Under the pieces are notes generated by a model, which searched no databases, was not told the DNA's origin, and saw nothing but the letters and a program-made list of their open reading frames with translations. DNA of 61,991 bases from Ramlibacter sp. (GTDB lineage: Bacteria > Pseudomonadota > Gammaproteobacteria > Burkholderiales > Burkholderiaceae_C). A program made the translations under genes and the position numbers. The stretch covers positions 1 to 61,991 of the forward strand of contig JAQGNJ010000300.1 of assembly GCA_028291885.1 (NCBI GenBank), read 5' to 3'. This document shows, one piece after another, positions 11,173 through 21,457 of this stretch (the first letter of the stretch is position 1; each line of letters opens with the position of its first letter).

Positions 11173-12854
11173 GTGGACTCCTGTTTGGTGCGTTGGGCTT
11201 GCGCGCGCTGCAGCCCCGAAACGATGGCCTTGAGCGACGCCGAAACGATGTTGGCGTCGATGCCGACGCCGAACAGCGTCTGCTGCCCGACTCGCAGTTC
11301 GAGGTAGGCCACGGCCTGCGCGTTGGCGCCCGAGCCGATCGCGTGCTCATGGTAGTCGAGCACACGCAGCGTCTCTCCGGTCGCGACCGCCAGGCCTTCG
11401 ACGAACGCGTCGATCGGCCCCGTCCCCGAACCCTGGATGCTCATGTTGCGTGAGCCGACCACCACGTCTGCCGCCAGCTTCACTCGCGCGCCTTCCGCGC
11501 CCCTCGCCTCTTCCAGCACCTGGTGCGTCGGCGCGGCGATGCTGCGGACCCCGTACTCGCGCTCGAACAGCTGGTACAGGTCCCGCGCGGTCAGCTCCTT
11601 GCCGGTGGCGTCCATCACGGTCTGCACCACCTGGCTGAATTCGATCTGCAGCCTGCGCGGCAGCTCCAGGCCGTACTCGCTTTCGAGCAGGTAGGAGATG
11701 CCGCCCTTGCCCGACTGGCTGTTGACGCGGATCACCGCTTCGTAGCTGCGGCCCAGGTCCTTGGGATCGAGCGGCAGGTAGGGCATGTCCCAGACGTCGC
11801 CCTCCTTGCGCGCGGCAAACGCCTTCTTGATCGCATCCTGGTGCGAGCCGGAGAACGAGGTGTAGACCAGGTCGCCGGCGTACGGATGGCGCGGATGCAC
11901 GGGAAGCTGGTTGCAATGCTCCACCGTGCGGCGGATCTCGTCGATGTCGGAGAAGTCCAGTCCCGGATCGACGCCCTGGCTGTACAGGTTCAACGCGACA
12001 TTGACCAGGTCCAGATTGCCGGTGCGCTCGCCGTTGCCGAACAGGCAGCCTTCCAGCCGGTCCGCGCCGGCCATCACGGCGAATTCGCCCGCCGCCGTTC
12101 CGGTGCCGCGGTCGTTGTGCGGGTGGACCGACAGCACGATAGCATCGCGCCGTGCGAGGTTGCGGTGCATCCATTCGATCATGTCGGCGAAGATGTTCGG
12201 CGTGGAATGCTCCACGGTCGAGGGCAGGTTGACGATGCACTTCTTCGCGGGCGTCGGCTGCCACACGTCCATCACCGCGTCGACGACACGCTTGGAGAAC
12301 GCCAGCTCGGTGCCGGAGAACATCTCGGGCGAGTACTGGAAGGTCCAGTCGGTTTCCGGTTGCCGGGCCGCGAGATCGGCGAACAGGCGGGCCTGGCTGG
12401 TGGCCAGTTCGACGATGCCGTCCTCGTCCAGCCCAAGCACGACCCGGCGCATGACCGGAGCGGTCGCGTTGTACAGGTGAACGATCGCCCGCTTCGCGCC
12501 GTGCAATGCCTCGAAAGTGCGCTGGATCAATGGCTCGCGGGCCTGGGTCAGCACCTGGATCGTGACGTCGTCGGGCACCAGGTTGCCGTCGATGAGCTTG
12601 CGGACGAAGTCGAATTCCACCTGCGAGGCCGAGGGGAAGCCGACCTCGATCTCCTTGAACCCGATCTGCACCAGGGTCTCGAACATGCGCAGCTTGCGGG
12701 CGATGTCCATCGGCTCGATCAGGGCCTGGTTGCCGTCGCGCAGGTCGACGCTGCACCACACCGGAGGCCGGCTCAGGACGGCGTCGGGCCAGGTCCGGTC
12801 GGCGAGGCGCACCGGGGGAAAGGCGCGGTATTTGCTGGCAGCTTGCTTCAACAT
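11157..12854 (-). CDS. leuA: 2-isopropylmalate synthase, yeast/actinobacterial (LEU4-like) type
   Basis: [50 protein letters not shown]. Confidence 0.94.
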   Translation of the reverse strand: MLKQAASKYRAFPPVRLADRTWPDAVLSRPPVWCSVDLRDGNQALIEPMDIARKLRMFETLVQIGFKEIEVGFPSASQVEFDFVRKLIDGNLVPDDVTIQVLTQAREPLIQRTFEALHGAKRAIVHLYNATAPVMRRVVLGLDEDGIVELATSQARLFADLAARQPETDWTFQYSPEMFSGTELAFSKRVVDAVMDVWQPTPAKKCIVNLPSTVEHSTPNIFADMIEWMHRNLARRDAIVLSVHPHNDRGTGTAAGEFAVMAGADRLEGCLFGNGERTGNLDLVNVALNLYSQGVDPGLDFSDIDEIRRTVEHCNQLPVHPRHPYAGDLVYTSFSGSHQDAIKKAFAARKEGDVWDMPYLPLDPKDLGRSYEAVIRVNSQSGKGGISYLLESEYGLELPRRLQIEFSQVVQTVMDATGKELTARDLYQLFEREYGVRSIAAPTHQVLEEARGAEGARVKLAADVVVGSRNMSIQGSGTGPIDAFVEGLAVATGETLRVLDYHEHAIGSGANAQAVAYLELRVGQQTLFGVGIDANIVSASLKAIVSGLQRAQAQRTKQESTWQTN

Positions 12855-12890
12855 GGCGTGAGTCTCTCGAGGTTGGTGAACCCGCAGCCC

Positions 12891-12930
12891 CAAAACAAAA
12901 CGGCCCGCTGCAGGTGCAAACGGGCCGTTG
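12891..12930 (-). terminator. Attenuator terminator of leuA leader
   Basis: AACGGCCCG-loop-CGGGCCGTT followed by TTGTTTT on the minus strand. Confidence 0.85.
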
Positions 12931-12948
12931 ATCAGGTGTACGCGTGCG

Positions 12949-13002
12949 CTACCGTCTCCGCCCGGTGGGGGATAGCAGTAGGGCCAGCGAAATTCGGTTC
13001 AT
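12949..13002 (-). CDS. leuL: Leucine attenuator leader peptide [17 protein letters not shown]
   Basis: 17-aa uORF with CTG GCC CTA CTG CTA (rare CTA Leu codons), directly upstream of the terminator hairpin and leuA. Confidence 0.85.
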   Translation of the reverse strand: MNRISLALLLSPTGRRR

Positions 13003-13059
13003 GAAAGCCAATGTATCACAGGTCCTGTCGTCCCCACGCAGTGCGGGACAACCGGCGGC

Positions 13060-13878
13060 TCACCTGTGCAGTCCGCTCTCTTCGGGTTCGTCGGTGGAAG
13101 TGCTGATCACGCTGGTCCGCTGGCCCTTGGCCTTGCGCCAGCCGTACACCGCGTAACCGGACAGCCCGTAGACGACGAACAGGCCGAACAGCACGATCGG
13201 CGGATGGATGTTGATGACGGCGATGCCCAGCGCGATCAGCACGATCACGGCAAAGGGCACGCTCTTTTTCATCTGCAGATCCTTGAAGCTGTAGAACGGC
13301 ACGTTGGTGACCATCGTGAGGCCGGCGTAGAGCGCCACGGCGAACATGACCCAGGCCACTTCGTAGCCCTTGACCTCCAGGTCGTTCATCACCCAGATGA
13401 AGCCCGCGACCAGCGCGGCGGCGGCCGGCGAAGGCAGGCCCTGGAAATAGCGCTTGTCGACAACGCCGGTGTTGACGTTGAAGCGGGCCAGCCGCAGCGC
13501 GGCGCAGGCGCAGTAGACGAAAGCGGCGACCCAGCCCCAGCGGCCCAGGCCCTTGAGCGCCCATTCGTAGGCGATCAGCGCCGGCGCTGCGCCGAAGGAC
13601 ACCATGTCCGACAGCGAATCCATCTGCTCGCCGAAAGCGCTCTGGGTGTTGGTCATGCGGGCGACACGCCCGTCCAGGCTGTCGAGCACCATGGCGGTGA
13701 ACACACCGGCCGCGGCCAGGTCGAAACGGCCGTTCATGGCCATCACGACGGCGTAGAAGCCGCCGAACAGGGCCGCCAGCGTGAACAGGTTGGGCAGGAT
13801 ATAGATGCCCTTGCGGCGCTTGCGCACCACGATCCCCACGGGGATGTCGCCAGGGAGAGAGTCGGATCCGTCGTGCAT
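13060..13878 (-). CDS. pssA: CDP-diacylglycerol--serine O-phosphatidyltransferase
   Basis: LPNLFT, DSLDGRVAR...FGEQMDSLSD (CDP-alcohol phosphotransferase motif), RLARFN. Confidence 0.96.
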   Translation of the reverse strand: MHDGSDSLPGDIPVGIVVRKRRKGIYILPNLFTLAALFGGFYAVVMAMNGRFDLAAAGVFTAMVLDSLDGRVARMTNTQSAFGEQMDSLSDMVSFGAAPALIAYEWALKGLGRWGWVAAFVYCACAALRLARFNVNTGVVDKRYFQGLPSPAAAALVAGFIWVMNDLEVKGYEVAWVMFAVALYAGLTMVTNVPFYSFKDLQMKKSVPFAVIVLIALGIAVINIHPPIVLFGLFVVYGLSGYAVYGWRKAKGQRTSVISTSTDEPEESGLHR

Positions 13879-13910
13879 CGGTGCAGTTTAAGGTGAAAAG
13901 GGTCGCGCAA

Positions 13911-13934
13911 AAATAAAGCCGCCCGAAGGCGGCC
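13911..13934 (-). terminator. Intrinsic terminator after ilvC
   Basis: GCCGCC-TTCG-GGCGGC followed by TTTATTTT on the minus strand. Confidence 0.7.
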
Positions 13935-13975
13935 GCCAAGGCAAGGGGCCGCTTCGGCGGTCCCTTGTTCTCTCC

Positions 13976-15013
<1,038 letters not shown>

Positions 15014-15025
15014 TCAAAAATATCG

Positions 15026-15103
15026 CCGTTCGTCCTGAGCCTGTCGAAGGGCTCAAGCAACCCCTGCACGCGGCAAGGGCTTCGACAGGCTCAGCCCGAA
15101 CGG
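15026..15103. repeat. Palindromic REP/MITE-like element (intergenic copy)
   Basis: CCGTTCGTCCTGAGCCTGTCGAAG...CTTCGACAGGCTCAGCCCGAACGG inverted arms. Confidence 0.85.
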
Positions 15104-15127
15104 ACGGGCGGCTGAGCCCTGCTTTCC

Positions 15128-15619
15128 TCAGACCCTCAGCACGCGCTCGCCACGGCCGATGCCGCTGGCTCCGGTCCGCACCGTCTCGAGAATCGCGGCG
15201 CGGTCGATCGCCTCCAGGAAGGCGTCGTTCTTGCCCTGGTCGCCCGTGAGTTCGATGGTGTAGCTTTTCTCCGTGACGTCGATGATGCGGCCGCGGAAGA
15301 TGTCGGCCATGCGCTTCATCTCCTCGCGCTCCTTGCCGACGGCGCGCACCTTCACCATCATGAGTTCCCGCTCGGTGTAGGCGCCTTCGGTCAGGTCGAC
15401 GACCTTGACCACCTCGATCAGCCGGTTCAGGTGCTTGGTGATCTGCTCGATCACCTCGTCCGAGCCCGCCGTCTGGATCGTCATGCGCGAGAGCGACGGA
15501 TCTTCGGTCGGCGCGACGGTGAGCGATTCGATGTTGTAGCCGCGGGCGGAAAACAGGCCGACGACGCGGGAAAGCGCGCCGGGTTCGTTTTCCAGCAGCA
15601 CTGCGATGATGTGTTTCAT
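15128..15619 (-). CDS. ilvH: Acetolactate synthase small subunit
   Basis: ACT domain ENEPGALSRVVGLFSARGYNIESL. Confidence 0.98.
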   Translation of the reverse strand: MKHIIAVLLENEPGALSRVVGLFSARGYNIESLTVAPTEDPSLSRMTIQTAGSDEVIEQITKHLNRLIEVVKVVDLTEGAYTERELMMVKVRAVGKEREEMKRMADIFRGRIIDVTEKSYTIELTGDQGKNDAFLEAIDRAAILETVRTGASGIGRGERVLRV

Positions 15620-15624
15620 GTTTG

Positions 15625-15700
15625 GGTGATTCCTCTTTTCGGTGCCCTCCCCGCCCGGCGGTAACCGGACGGCTCGGCAGCCAATAGATTCATTCAGGAA
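15625..15700 (-). promoter_or_regulatory. Candidate structured cis-element upstream of ilvH (possible ilvH RNA motif)
   Basis: 115-bp intergenic region with GC hairpins ending at GAAAAGAGGA SD; position fits the betaproteobacterial ilvH motif as recalled; not verified. Confidence 0.35.
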
Positions 15701-15734
15701 GCCGTGTCCGCGAAGCGGACCGGCTTGTCGTCCG

Positions 15735-17516
15735 TCAAAGGTCTTCCGACCCCAGCAGCATCTCGGTGATGCCCTTGCCGGCTTTCACCATGGGGAAGAC
15801 GTTCTCGGTCGGATCGGTACGGAAGTCCATGAAGACCGTGCGATCCTTGAGCTTGCGCGCCTCGCGCAGCGCCGGCTCGACGTCGCGCGGGTCCTCGATC
15901 AGCATGCCGACGTGGCCATAGGCCTCGGCCAGCTTGACGAAGTTAGGCAGCGCGTCCATGTAGCTGTGGCTGTAGCGGCCTTCATAGTCGATCTCCTGCC
16001 ACTGCCGCACCATGCCGAGGTAGCGGTTGTTCAGCGCGCAGATCTTGATCGGGGTGTTGTATTGCAGGCAGGTCGACAGCTCCTGGATGCACATCTGCAC
16101 CGAACCCTCGCCGGTGATGCAGAACACCTCGCTGTCCGGCTTCGCCAGCTTGATGCCCATCGCGTACGGGATGCCGACGCCCATCGTGCCCAGGCCACCG
16201 GAGTTGATCCAGCGGCGCGGCTCGTCGAAGCGGTAGTACTGCGCCGCCCACATCTGGTGCTGGCCGACGTCCGAGGTCACATAGGTGTCCGCATCCTTGG
16301 TCATGTTCCACAGCGTCTCGACGACGTACTGCGGCTTGATGACTTCCGTGTTCTTGCGGTCGTAGCGCAGGCAGTCGCGCTTGCGCCAGGTCTCGATGGT
16401 GTCCCACCAGGCGGCCAGCGCGCCCGCGTCCGGCCGGGTGGGCGTTTCGCGGATCATCGCGATCAGTTCGGTGAGCACGTCCTTCACGTCGCCGACGATC
16501 GGGATGTCGACCTTCACGCGCTTGGAGATGCTCGACGGGTCGATGTCGATGTGGATGATCTTGCGTTCGTTCTGCGCGAAGTGCTTGGGATTGCCGATCA
16601 CGCGGTCGTCGAAGCGCGCGCCCACCGCAAGCAGCACGTCGCAGTTCTGCATCGCGTTGTTGGCTTCGATGGTGCCGTGCATGCCGAGCATGCCGAGGAA
16701 CTTGCGGTCGCTGGCCGGATACGCGCCCAGGCCCATCAGGGTGTTGGTGCAGGGGAAGCCCAGCATGTCGACCAGCGTGCGCAGCTCCTGCGACGCGTTG
16801 CTCAGGATGACGCCGCCGCCGGTGTAGATGTAGGGCCGCTTGGCCGCCAGCAGCAGCTGCAGGGCCTTGCGGATCTGGCCGCCGTGGCCCTTGCGCACCG
16901 GGTTGTACGAGCGCATCTCCACCTTGTCCGGGTAGCCGGTGTAGGTGGCCTTGTTGAACGACACGTCCTTCGGGATGTCCACCACCACCGGACCCGGACG
17001 GCCGGTGCGGGCGATGTGGAAGGCCTTCTTCATGACCGACGCGACGTCGCGGGCGTCCTTGACCAGGAAGTTGTGCTTGACGATGGGACGCGTGATGCCG
17101 ACGGTGTCGCATTCCTGGAACGCATCCAGGCCGATCGCGGCGGTGGGCACCTGCCCGGTGATGATCACCATTGGGATGCTGTCCATGTACGCCGTCGCGA
17201 TGCCGGTCACGGCATTGGTGACGCCCGGTCCCGAAGTGACCAGCGCAACGCCGACGTTGCCGGTGGCGCGGGCATAGCCGTCCGCGGCATGGACCGCGGC
17301 CTGCTCGTGGCGCACGAGCACGTGCTGGATGGTGTCCTGCTTGTAGAAGGCGTCGTAGATGTGCAGGACGGCGCCGCCGGGATAGCCCCAGACGTACTTG
17401 ACGCTCTCGGCCTGCAGGGCCTTGACGAGGATTTCGGCACCACGCAGCTCCTGGGATGCCCCAGTCGACGCCGCGGCGGCCGAAGTGATTTCAGCTTTGG
17501 AGATTTCCATGATCAA
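15735..17516 (-). CDS. ilvI: Acetolactate synthase large subunit
   Basis: GYPGG, RHEQ, TSGPG, SGGLGTMG and TPP-binding GEGS...NN. Confidence 0.98.
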   Translation of the reverse strand: MIMEISKAEITSAAAASTGASQELRGAEILVKALQAESVKYVWGYPGGAVLHIYDAFYKQDTIQHVLVRHEQAAVHAADGYARATGNVGVALVTSGPGVTNAVTGIATAYMDSIPMVIITGQVPTAAIGLDAFQECDTVGITRPIVKHNFLVKDARDVASVMKKAFHIARTGRPGPVVVDIPKDVSFNKATYTGYPDKVEMRSYNPVRKGHGGQIRKALQLLLAAKRPYIYTGGGVILSNASQELRTLVDMLGFPCTNTLMGLGAYPASDRKFLGMLGMHGTIEANNAMQNCDVLLAVGARFDDRVIGNPKHFAQNERKIIHIDIDPSSISKRVKVDIPIVGDVKDVLTELIAMIRETPTRPDAGALAAWWDTIETWRKRDCLRYDRKNTEVIKPQYVVETLWNMTKDADTYVTSDVGQHQMWAAQYYRFDEPRRWINSGGLGTMGVGIPYAMGIKLAKPDSEVFCITGEGSVQMCIQELSTCLQYNTPIKICALNNRYLGMVRQWQEIDYEGRYSHSYMDALPNFVKLAEAYGHVGMLIEDPRDVEPALREARKLKDRTVFMDFRTDPTENVFPMVKAGKGITEMLLGSEDL

Positions 17517-17796
17517 CCTTTGTGAATTTCTCTGACGAAAAACCTAGGGTGCCCCTTCACACGCTCTCGTGAAGCTGTGTCGGGACTTAGAACCCAAAAC
17601 CATGGGCGGGCCAATCGCACCGCCGGACCAGGGCTCGTTTGCCTTTTGACTTGCAAGGCGCATTATCGCACTGCAGCAGAACCCGTCCGGCCAAAGCCTG
17701 CGGGCGATGCGATAATTTGCGGCTTTCACGCCGCACGAGGCGTGCAGCGCCCCCCGAAAACGAGACAAACCGGCCATCCAGCCCGGTCCCGATTCC

Positions 17797-18363
17797 TTGG
17801 CAACCGAACGAGAACTCTCCGACTTCCTCAAAAGCGTCGAAAAACGGGCTTTCAAGCGCTCGGTCTATCACGTTCGGGACGAGGAAGCGGCGCTCGACAT
17901 CGTGCAGGACAGCATGATGAAGCTCGCGGAGCACTACGGCGACAAGCCTCCCAACGAGTTGCCGATGCTGTTCCAGCGCATCCTGTCGAACTGCACGCTC
18001 GACTGGTTCCGCCGGCAGAAGACCCGCAACGCCCTGTTTTCGAACATGAGCGACTTCGAATCTGCCTCGGAGGACGGGGATTTCGACTTGCTGGAAACTT
18101 ATGCCTCGTCCGACAGCTCACAACAGGTGGAGAGCGCCGAGGATTCGACCCGCCGGGCCCAGGTGCTGCGGGAGATCGAAACGGAGATCCTCGAGCTGCC
18201 TGGCCGTCAACGCGAAGCCTTCCTGATGCGTTATTGGGAGGATATGGACGTGGCCGAAACGGCGGCGGCCATGGGTTGTTCGGAAGGCAGCGTCAAGACG
18301 CATTGCTCCCGGGCGGTCCAGGCCCTCAGTAAAGCACTGAAGGCAAAGGGAATACAACTATGA
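17797..18363 (+). CDS. ECF sigma factor
   Basis: ALDIVQD region 2; LPGRQREAF...ETAAAMGCSEGSVKTH region 4; TTG start. Confidence 0.94.
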   Translation: MATERELSDFLKSVEKRAFKRSVYHVRDEEAALDIVQDSMMKLAEHYGDKPPNELPMLFQRILSNCTLDWFRRQKTRNALFSNMSDFESASEDGDFDLLETYASSDSSQQVESAEDSTRRAQVLREIETEILELPGRQREAFLMRYWEDMDVAETAAAMGCSEGSVKTHCSRAVQALSKALKAKGIQL

Positions 18364-18794
18364 ACACCACGCACCAACAAGACGCGTTCCGGGCCCAGGA
18401 CAGGTTCGGTCGCCAAGTGGCTGCCCGTTTGTCCGCGGGGACGGCCGAGTTGCCCTATCACGTCACCGAGCGCCTTCGCGCCGCCCGCGCCCAGGCCATG
18501 GCACACCGCAAGCTGGCGTCGGCCCAGACGGCGCCCGCGCTTGCATCCGCCGGTGCAGGCGCAGCGACGCTGGGCTTCGGCGACGAAGGCGTGAGCTGGT
18601 GGAACCGCATCGCTTCGGCCCTGCCGCTGCTGGTGCTCGCGGCCGGCCTGGTCGCCATCCATGTGGTCCAGAACGAGCGGCGCGCCAGCGAAGTGGCCGA
18701 GGTGGACGCAGCCATCCTGACGGATGACCTCCCCCCTGCCGCCTATGCCGATCCGGGCTTCACCCAGTTTCTCCGATCCGGCAGCGCGGAATAA
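18360..18794 (+). CDS. DUF3619-family membrane protein (probable anti-sigma)
   Basis: ERLRAARAQA, single TM, LTDDLPPAAYADPGF; translationally coupled to the ECF. Confidence 0.8.
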   Translation: MNTTHQQDAFRAQDRFGRQVAARLSAGTAELPYHVTERLRAARAQAMAHRKLASAQTAPALASAGAGAATLGFGDEGVSWWNRIASALPLLVLAAGLVAIHVVQNERRASEVAEVDAAILTDDLPPAAYADPGFTQFLRSGSAE

Positions 18795-18805
18795 CTGCGG
18801 ATCCC

Positions 18806-19558
18806 ATGCCCGTTCCCCTCGCCGCGCCCTTGCCCCGGCCTGAGCCGCCGGCTGCGGGCCCCCTGCTCCTGGTTTGCGCGTTCTGCCTGCTGGCAGGGCT
18901 CGCCGCTGCACCTCTCCTGAGCCATGCCCAAGCCGCCGACGGCGCCACCGTCATGGGCGCGGGAACGGCCAAGGCAGCAGCATCCGCACCGGCCCGCAAT
19001 TCCTCGGCCGCAGGTGCCGCTGTCCGCGCGACAAAGAGCCCAGGCTCCCCGACCAGCCCGCTCTGGAGCGAATTGACCCCACCCCAGCAGCAGGCGCTCG
19101 CGCCGCTGGCCGGCGCCTGGCCGACCATCAGCGAAGCGCAGAAACGCAAATGGCTGGTGATCTCGCAAAGCTACGTGCGCCTGCCACCTTCGGAACAAAC
19201 CAAGCTTCACAGCCGGATGACGGACTGGGTGGCGCTCAGCCCGCAGCAGCGGGTCCAGGCGCGCCTGAACTTCGCCGAGACCAAGCAGCTGGCGCCGGAC
19301 GAGAAGAAGGCCAAGTGGGAGGCCTACCAGGCCTTGCCGCCAGAACAAAAGCGCAAGCTGGCGGCCGGCGCCGCTTCCGCAGCCAAGCCGCCCTCGACGG
19401 CAGCTGCCGTGAAGCCGGTGCCGCCGCAGAAGCTGGCGACCGTTCCCAAGGCCGGGGACGCCAAGCCGCCCCGCATCGCCGCCGCCCCCAACCAGGTGGA
19501 CCACAACACGCTGCTGCCGCAGCAGGTCCCGCCTGCGACGCTCGCCCCCAGCAATTGA
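18806..19558 (+). CDS. DUF3106-domain exported protein
   Basis: Repeated WSELTP.QQ / W.ALSP.QR helical motifs after a signal-like segment. Confidence 0.8.
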   Translation: MPVPLAAPLPRPEPPAAGPLLLVCAFCLLAGLAAAPLLSHAQAADGATVMGAGTAKAAASAPARNSSAAGAAVRATKSPGSPTSPLWSELTPPQQQALAPLAGAWPTISEAQKRKWLVISQSYVRLPPSEQTKLHSRMTDWVALSPQQRVQARLNFAETKQLAPDEKKAKWEAYQALPPEQKRKLAAGAASAAKPPSTAAAVKPVPPQKLATVPKAGDAKPPRIAAAPNQVDHNTLLPQQVPPATLAPSN

Positions 19559-20058
19559 AAGCGCCGGATTTGCTGATTGCGCCGGCCCTGCCGCGCCGCA
19601 TGGCCTGCATGCTCTACGAAAGCACGCTGGTATTCGGCATTGCCGTGGGCGGTGGCCTCGTGTTCAGCATCGCTGCCGGGATGCGCAATGGCATGGACGA
19701 AAGACGTCCGCTGTTCATCGCATTCCTGGTCGTGTTGCTCGGCATCTACTTCGTCTGGTGCTGGGTGCGCGGCCAAACCCTGGCGATGAAGACGTGGAAG
19801 ATCCGCGTCGTCGATCGCCATGGCCGCCCGCCGGGGCAGTTGCGGGCGCTGTTCCGGTTTGCCTGCTGCTGGCTCTGGGTGCTTCCGCCATTGGCCTTGC
19901 TGTCGCACACCAGGATGCCGGCCGCAAGCATGTTCGGCGTCGTGCTGGGATGGGTCGCGGTCTGGGCTCTTTCCAGCAACTTCCACCCGCAGCGCCAGTT
20001 CTGGCACGACGTGCTGGCCGGAACCCGGCTGGTTCCCGCCGACTCTGCCCAGGCATGA
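19555..20058 (+). CDS. RDD family membrane protein
   Basis: RRMACMLYE, GQTLAMKTWKIRVV, QFWHDVLAGTRLV; start uncertain. Confidence 0.85.
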   Translation: MKAPDLLIAPALPRRMACMLYESTLVFGIAVGGGLVFSIAAGMRNGMDERRPLFIAFLVVLLGIYFVWCWVRGQTLAMKTWKIRVVDRHGRPPGQLRALFRFACCWLWVLPPLALLSHTRMPAASMFGVVLGWVAVWALSSNFHPQRQFWHDVLAGTRLVPADSAQA

Positions 20059-20105
20059 CCGCCCACCTGCCAGCCGGACCAGTGGCCTGCGCGACAATCC
20101 TGCCC

Positions 20106-20510
20106 ATGTCCCTGCCTCCGCAAGTCCTCCCTGAAGCCAACCCGCAAAAGCTGCGCACGGGATTGAACCGCATCTGGCACGCCGCCGGCTATTCGCTTGC
20201 GGGGCTGCGCGCCGGCTGGGCCGAACCGGCCTTTCGCCAGGAAGCGATCGCCTCCATCGTGCTGCTGCCGGCGTCCTTCTGGCTGGCGCGCAGCTGGGTC
20301 GAGGCTGCACTGCTGGCCGGCTCGGTGCTGATCGTGATGATCGTCGAACTGCTCAACACCGGCATCGAGACCGTGGTCGACCGCATCGGGCCGGAATGGC
20401 ACAAGCTGTCCAAGCGCGCCAAGGACATGGGCAGCGCATCGGTGCTGCTCAGCCTCGTGCTGTGCGGCGGGATCTGGCTGGCCGCCCTGTGGCAGCGTTT
20501 CGGTTCATGA
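20106..20510 (+). CDS. dgkA: Diacylglycerol kinase
   Basis: EPAFRQE, ELLNTGIETVVDRIG, AKDMGSA. Confidence 0.95.
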   Translation: MSLPPQVLPEANPQKLRTGLNRIWHAAGYSLAGLRAGWAEPAFRQEAIASIVLLPASFWLARSWVEAALLAGSVLIVMIVELLNTGIETVVDRIGPEWHKLSKRAKDMGSASVLLSLVLCGGIWLAALWQRFGS

Positions 20511-21094
20511 AGCCGCCGTTTTCCGTCTGCGTCTACTGCGGCTCGCGCACCGGAGCAACGCCCGAATTCGTCGCGCTTGCCCGCGAAGTGGGGAACTGGA
20601 TCGGCGCCGCCGGCGGACAGCTGGTGTACGGCGGCGGCAACAACGGCCTGATGGGCGTGGTGGCGGACGCCACGCTCGCCAGCGGCGGCCGGGTGATCGG
20701 CGTCATCCCGAAGGCGCTGGTCGAGCGTGAATTCGCCAAGCTCGATTGCACCGAGCTGCACGTCGTCGACACGATGCACGAACGCAAGCAGATGATGGCC
20801 GAGCACGCCGACGCCTTTCTGGCGCTTCCGGGCGGCATCGGCACCTTCGAGGAACTGTTCGAGGTCTGGACCTGGCGCCAGCTCGGCTACCACGACAAGC
20901 CGATCGGCGTGCTGAACGCCGGGGACTACTACACGCCGCTACTGGCGTTCCTGCGCTCGAGCGTGGCCCACGGCTTCATGAACGAATGGCAGATGGGACT
21001 GGTGCGCGTGGACGCCGATCCCGTTGCCCTGCTCCAGCACTTGGTGCGGGACGGCAGCGCCAGCACGGGCGCGGCCGACCTGCGGGACATCTGA
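20507..21094 (+). CDS. LOG family protein (TIGR00730)
   Basis: VYGGG..GLMG, MHERK, PGGIGTFEE. Confidence 0.95.
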   Translation: MKPPFSVCVYCGSRTGATPEFVALAREVGNWIGAAGGQLVYGGGNNGLMGVVADATLASGGRVIGVIPKALVEREFAKLDCTELHVVDTMHERKQMMAEHADAFLALPGGIGTFEELFEVWTWRQLGYHDKPIGVLNAGDYYTPLLAFLRSSVAHGFMNEWQMGLVRVDADPVALLQHLVRDGSASTGAADLRDI

Positions 21095-21100
21095 GGCCGG

Positions 21101-21457
<357 letters not shown>

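Noticed and set aside
17544-17603. uORF MVLGSKSRHSFTRACEGAP as an ilv attenuator peptide
   Set aside because: Only one Val and one Leu, and no convincing terminator hairpin.
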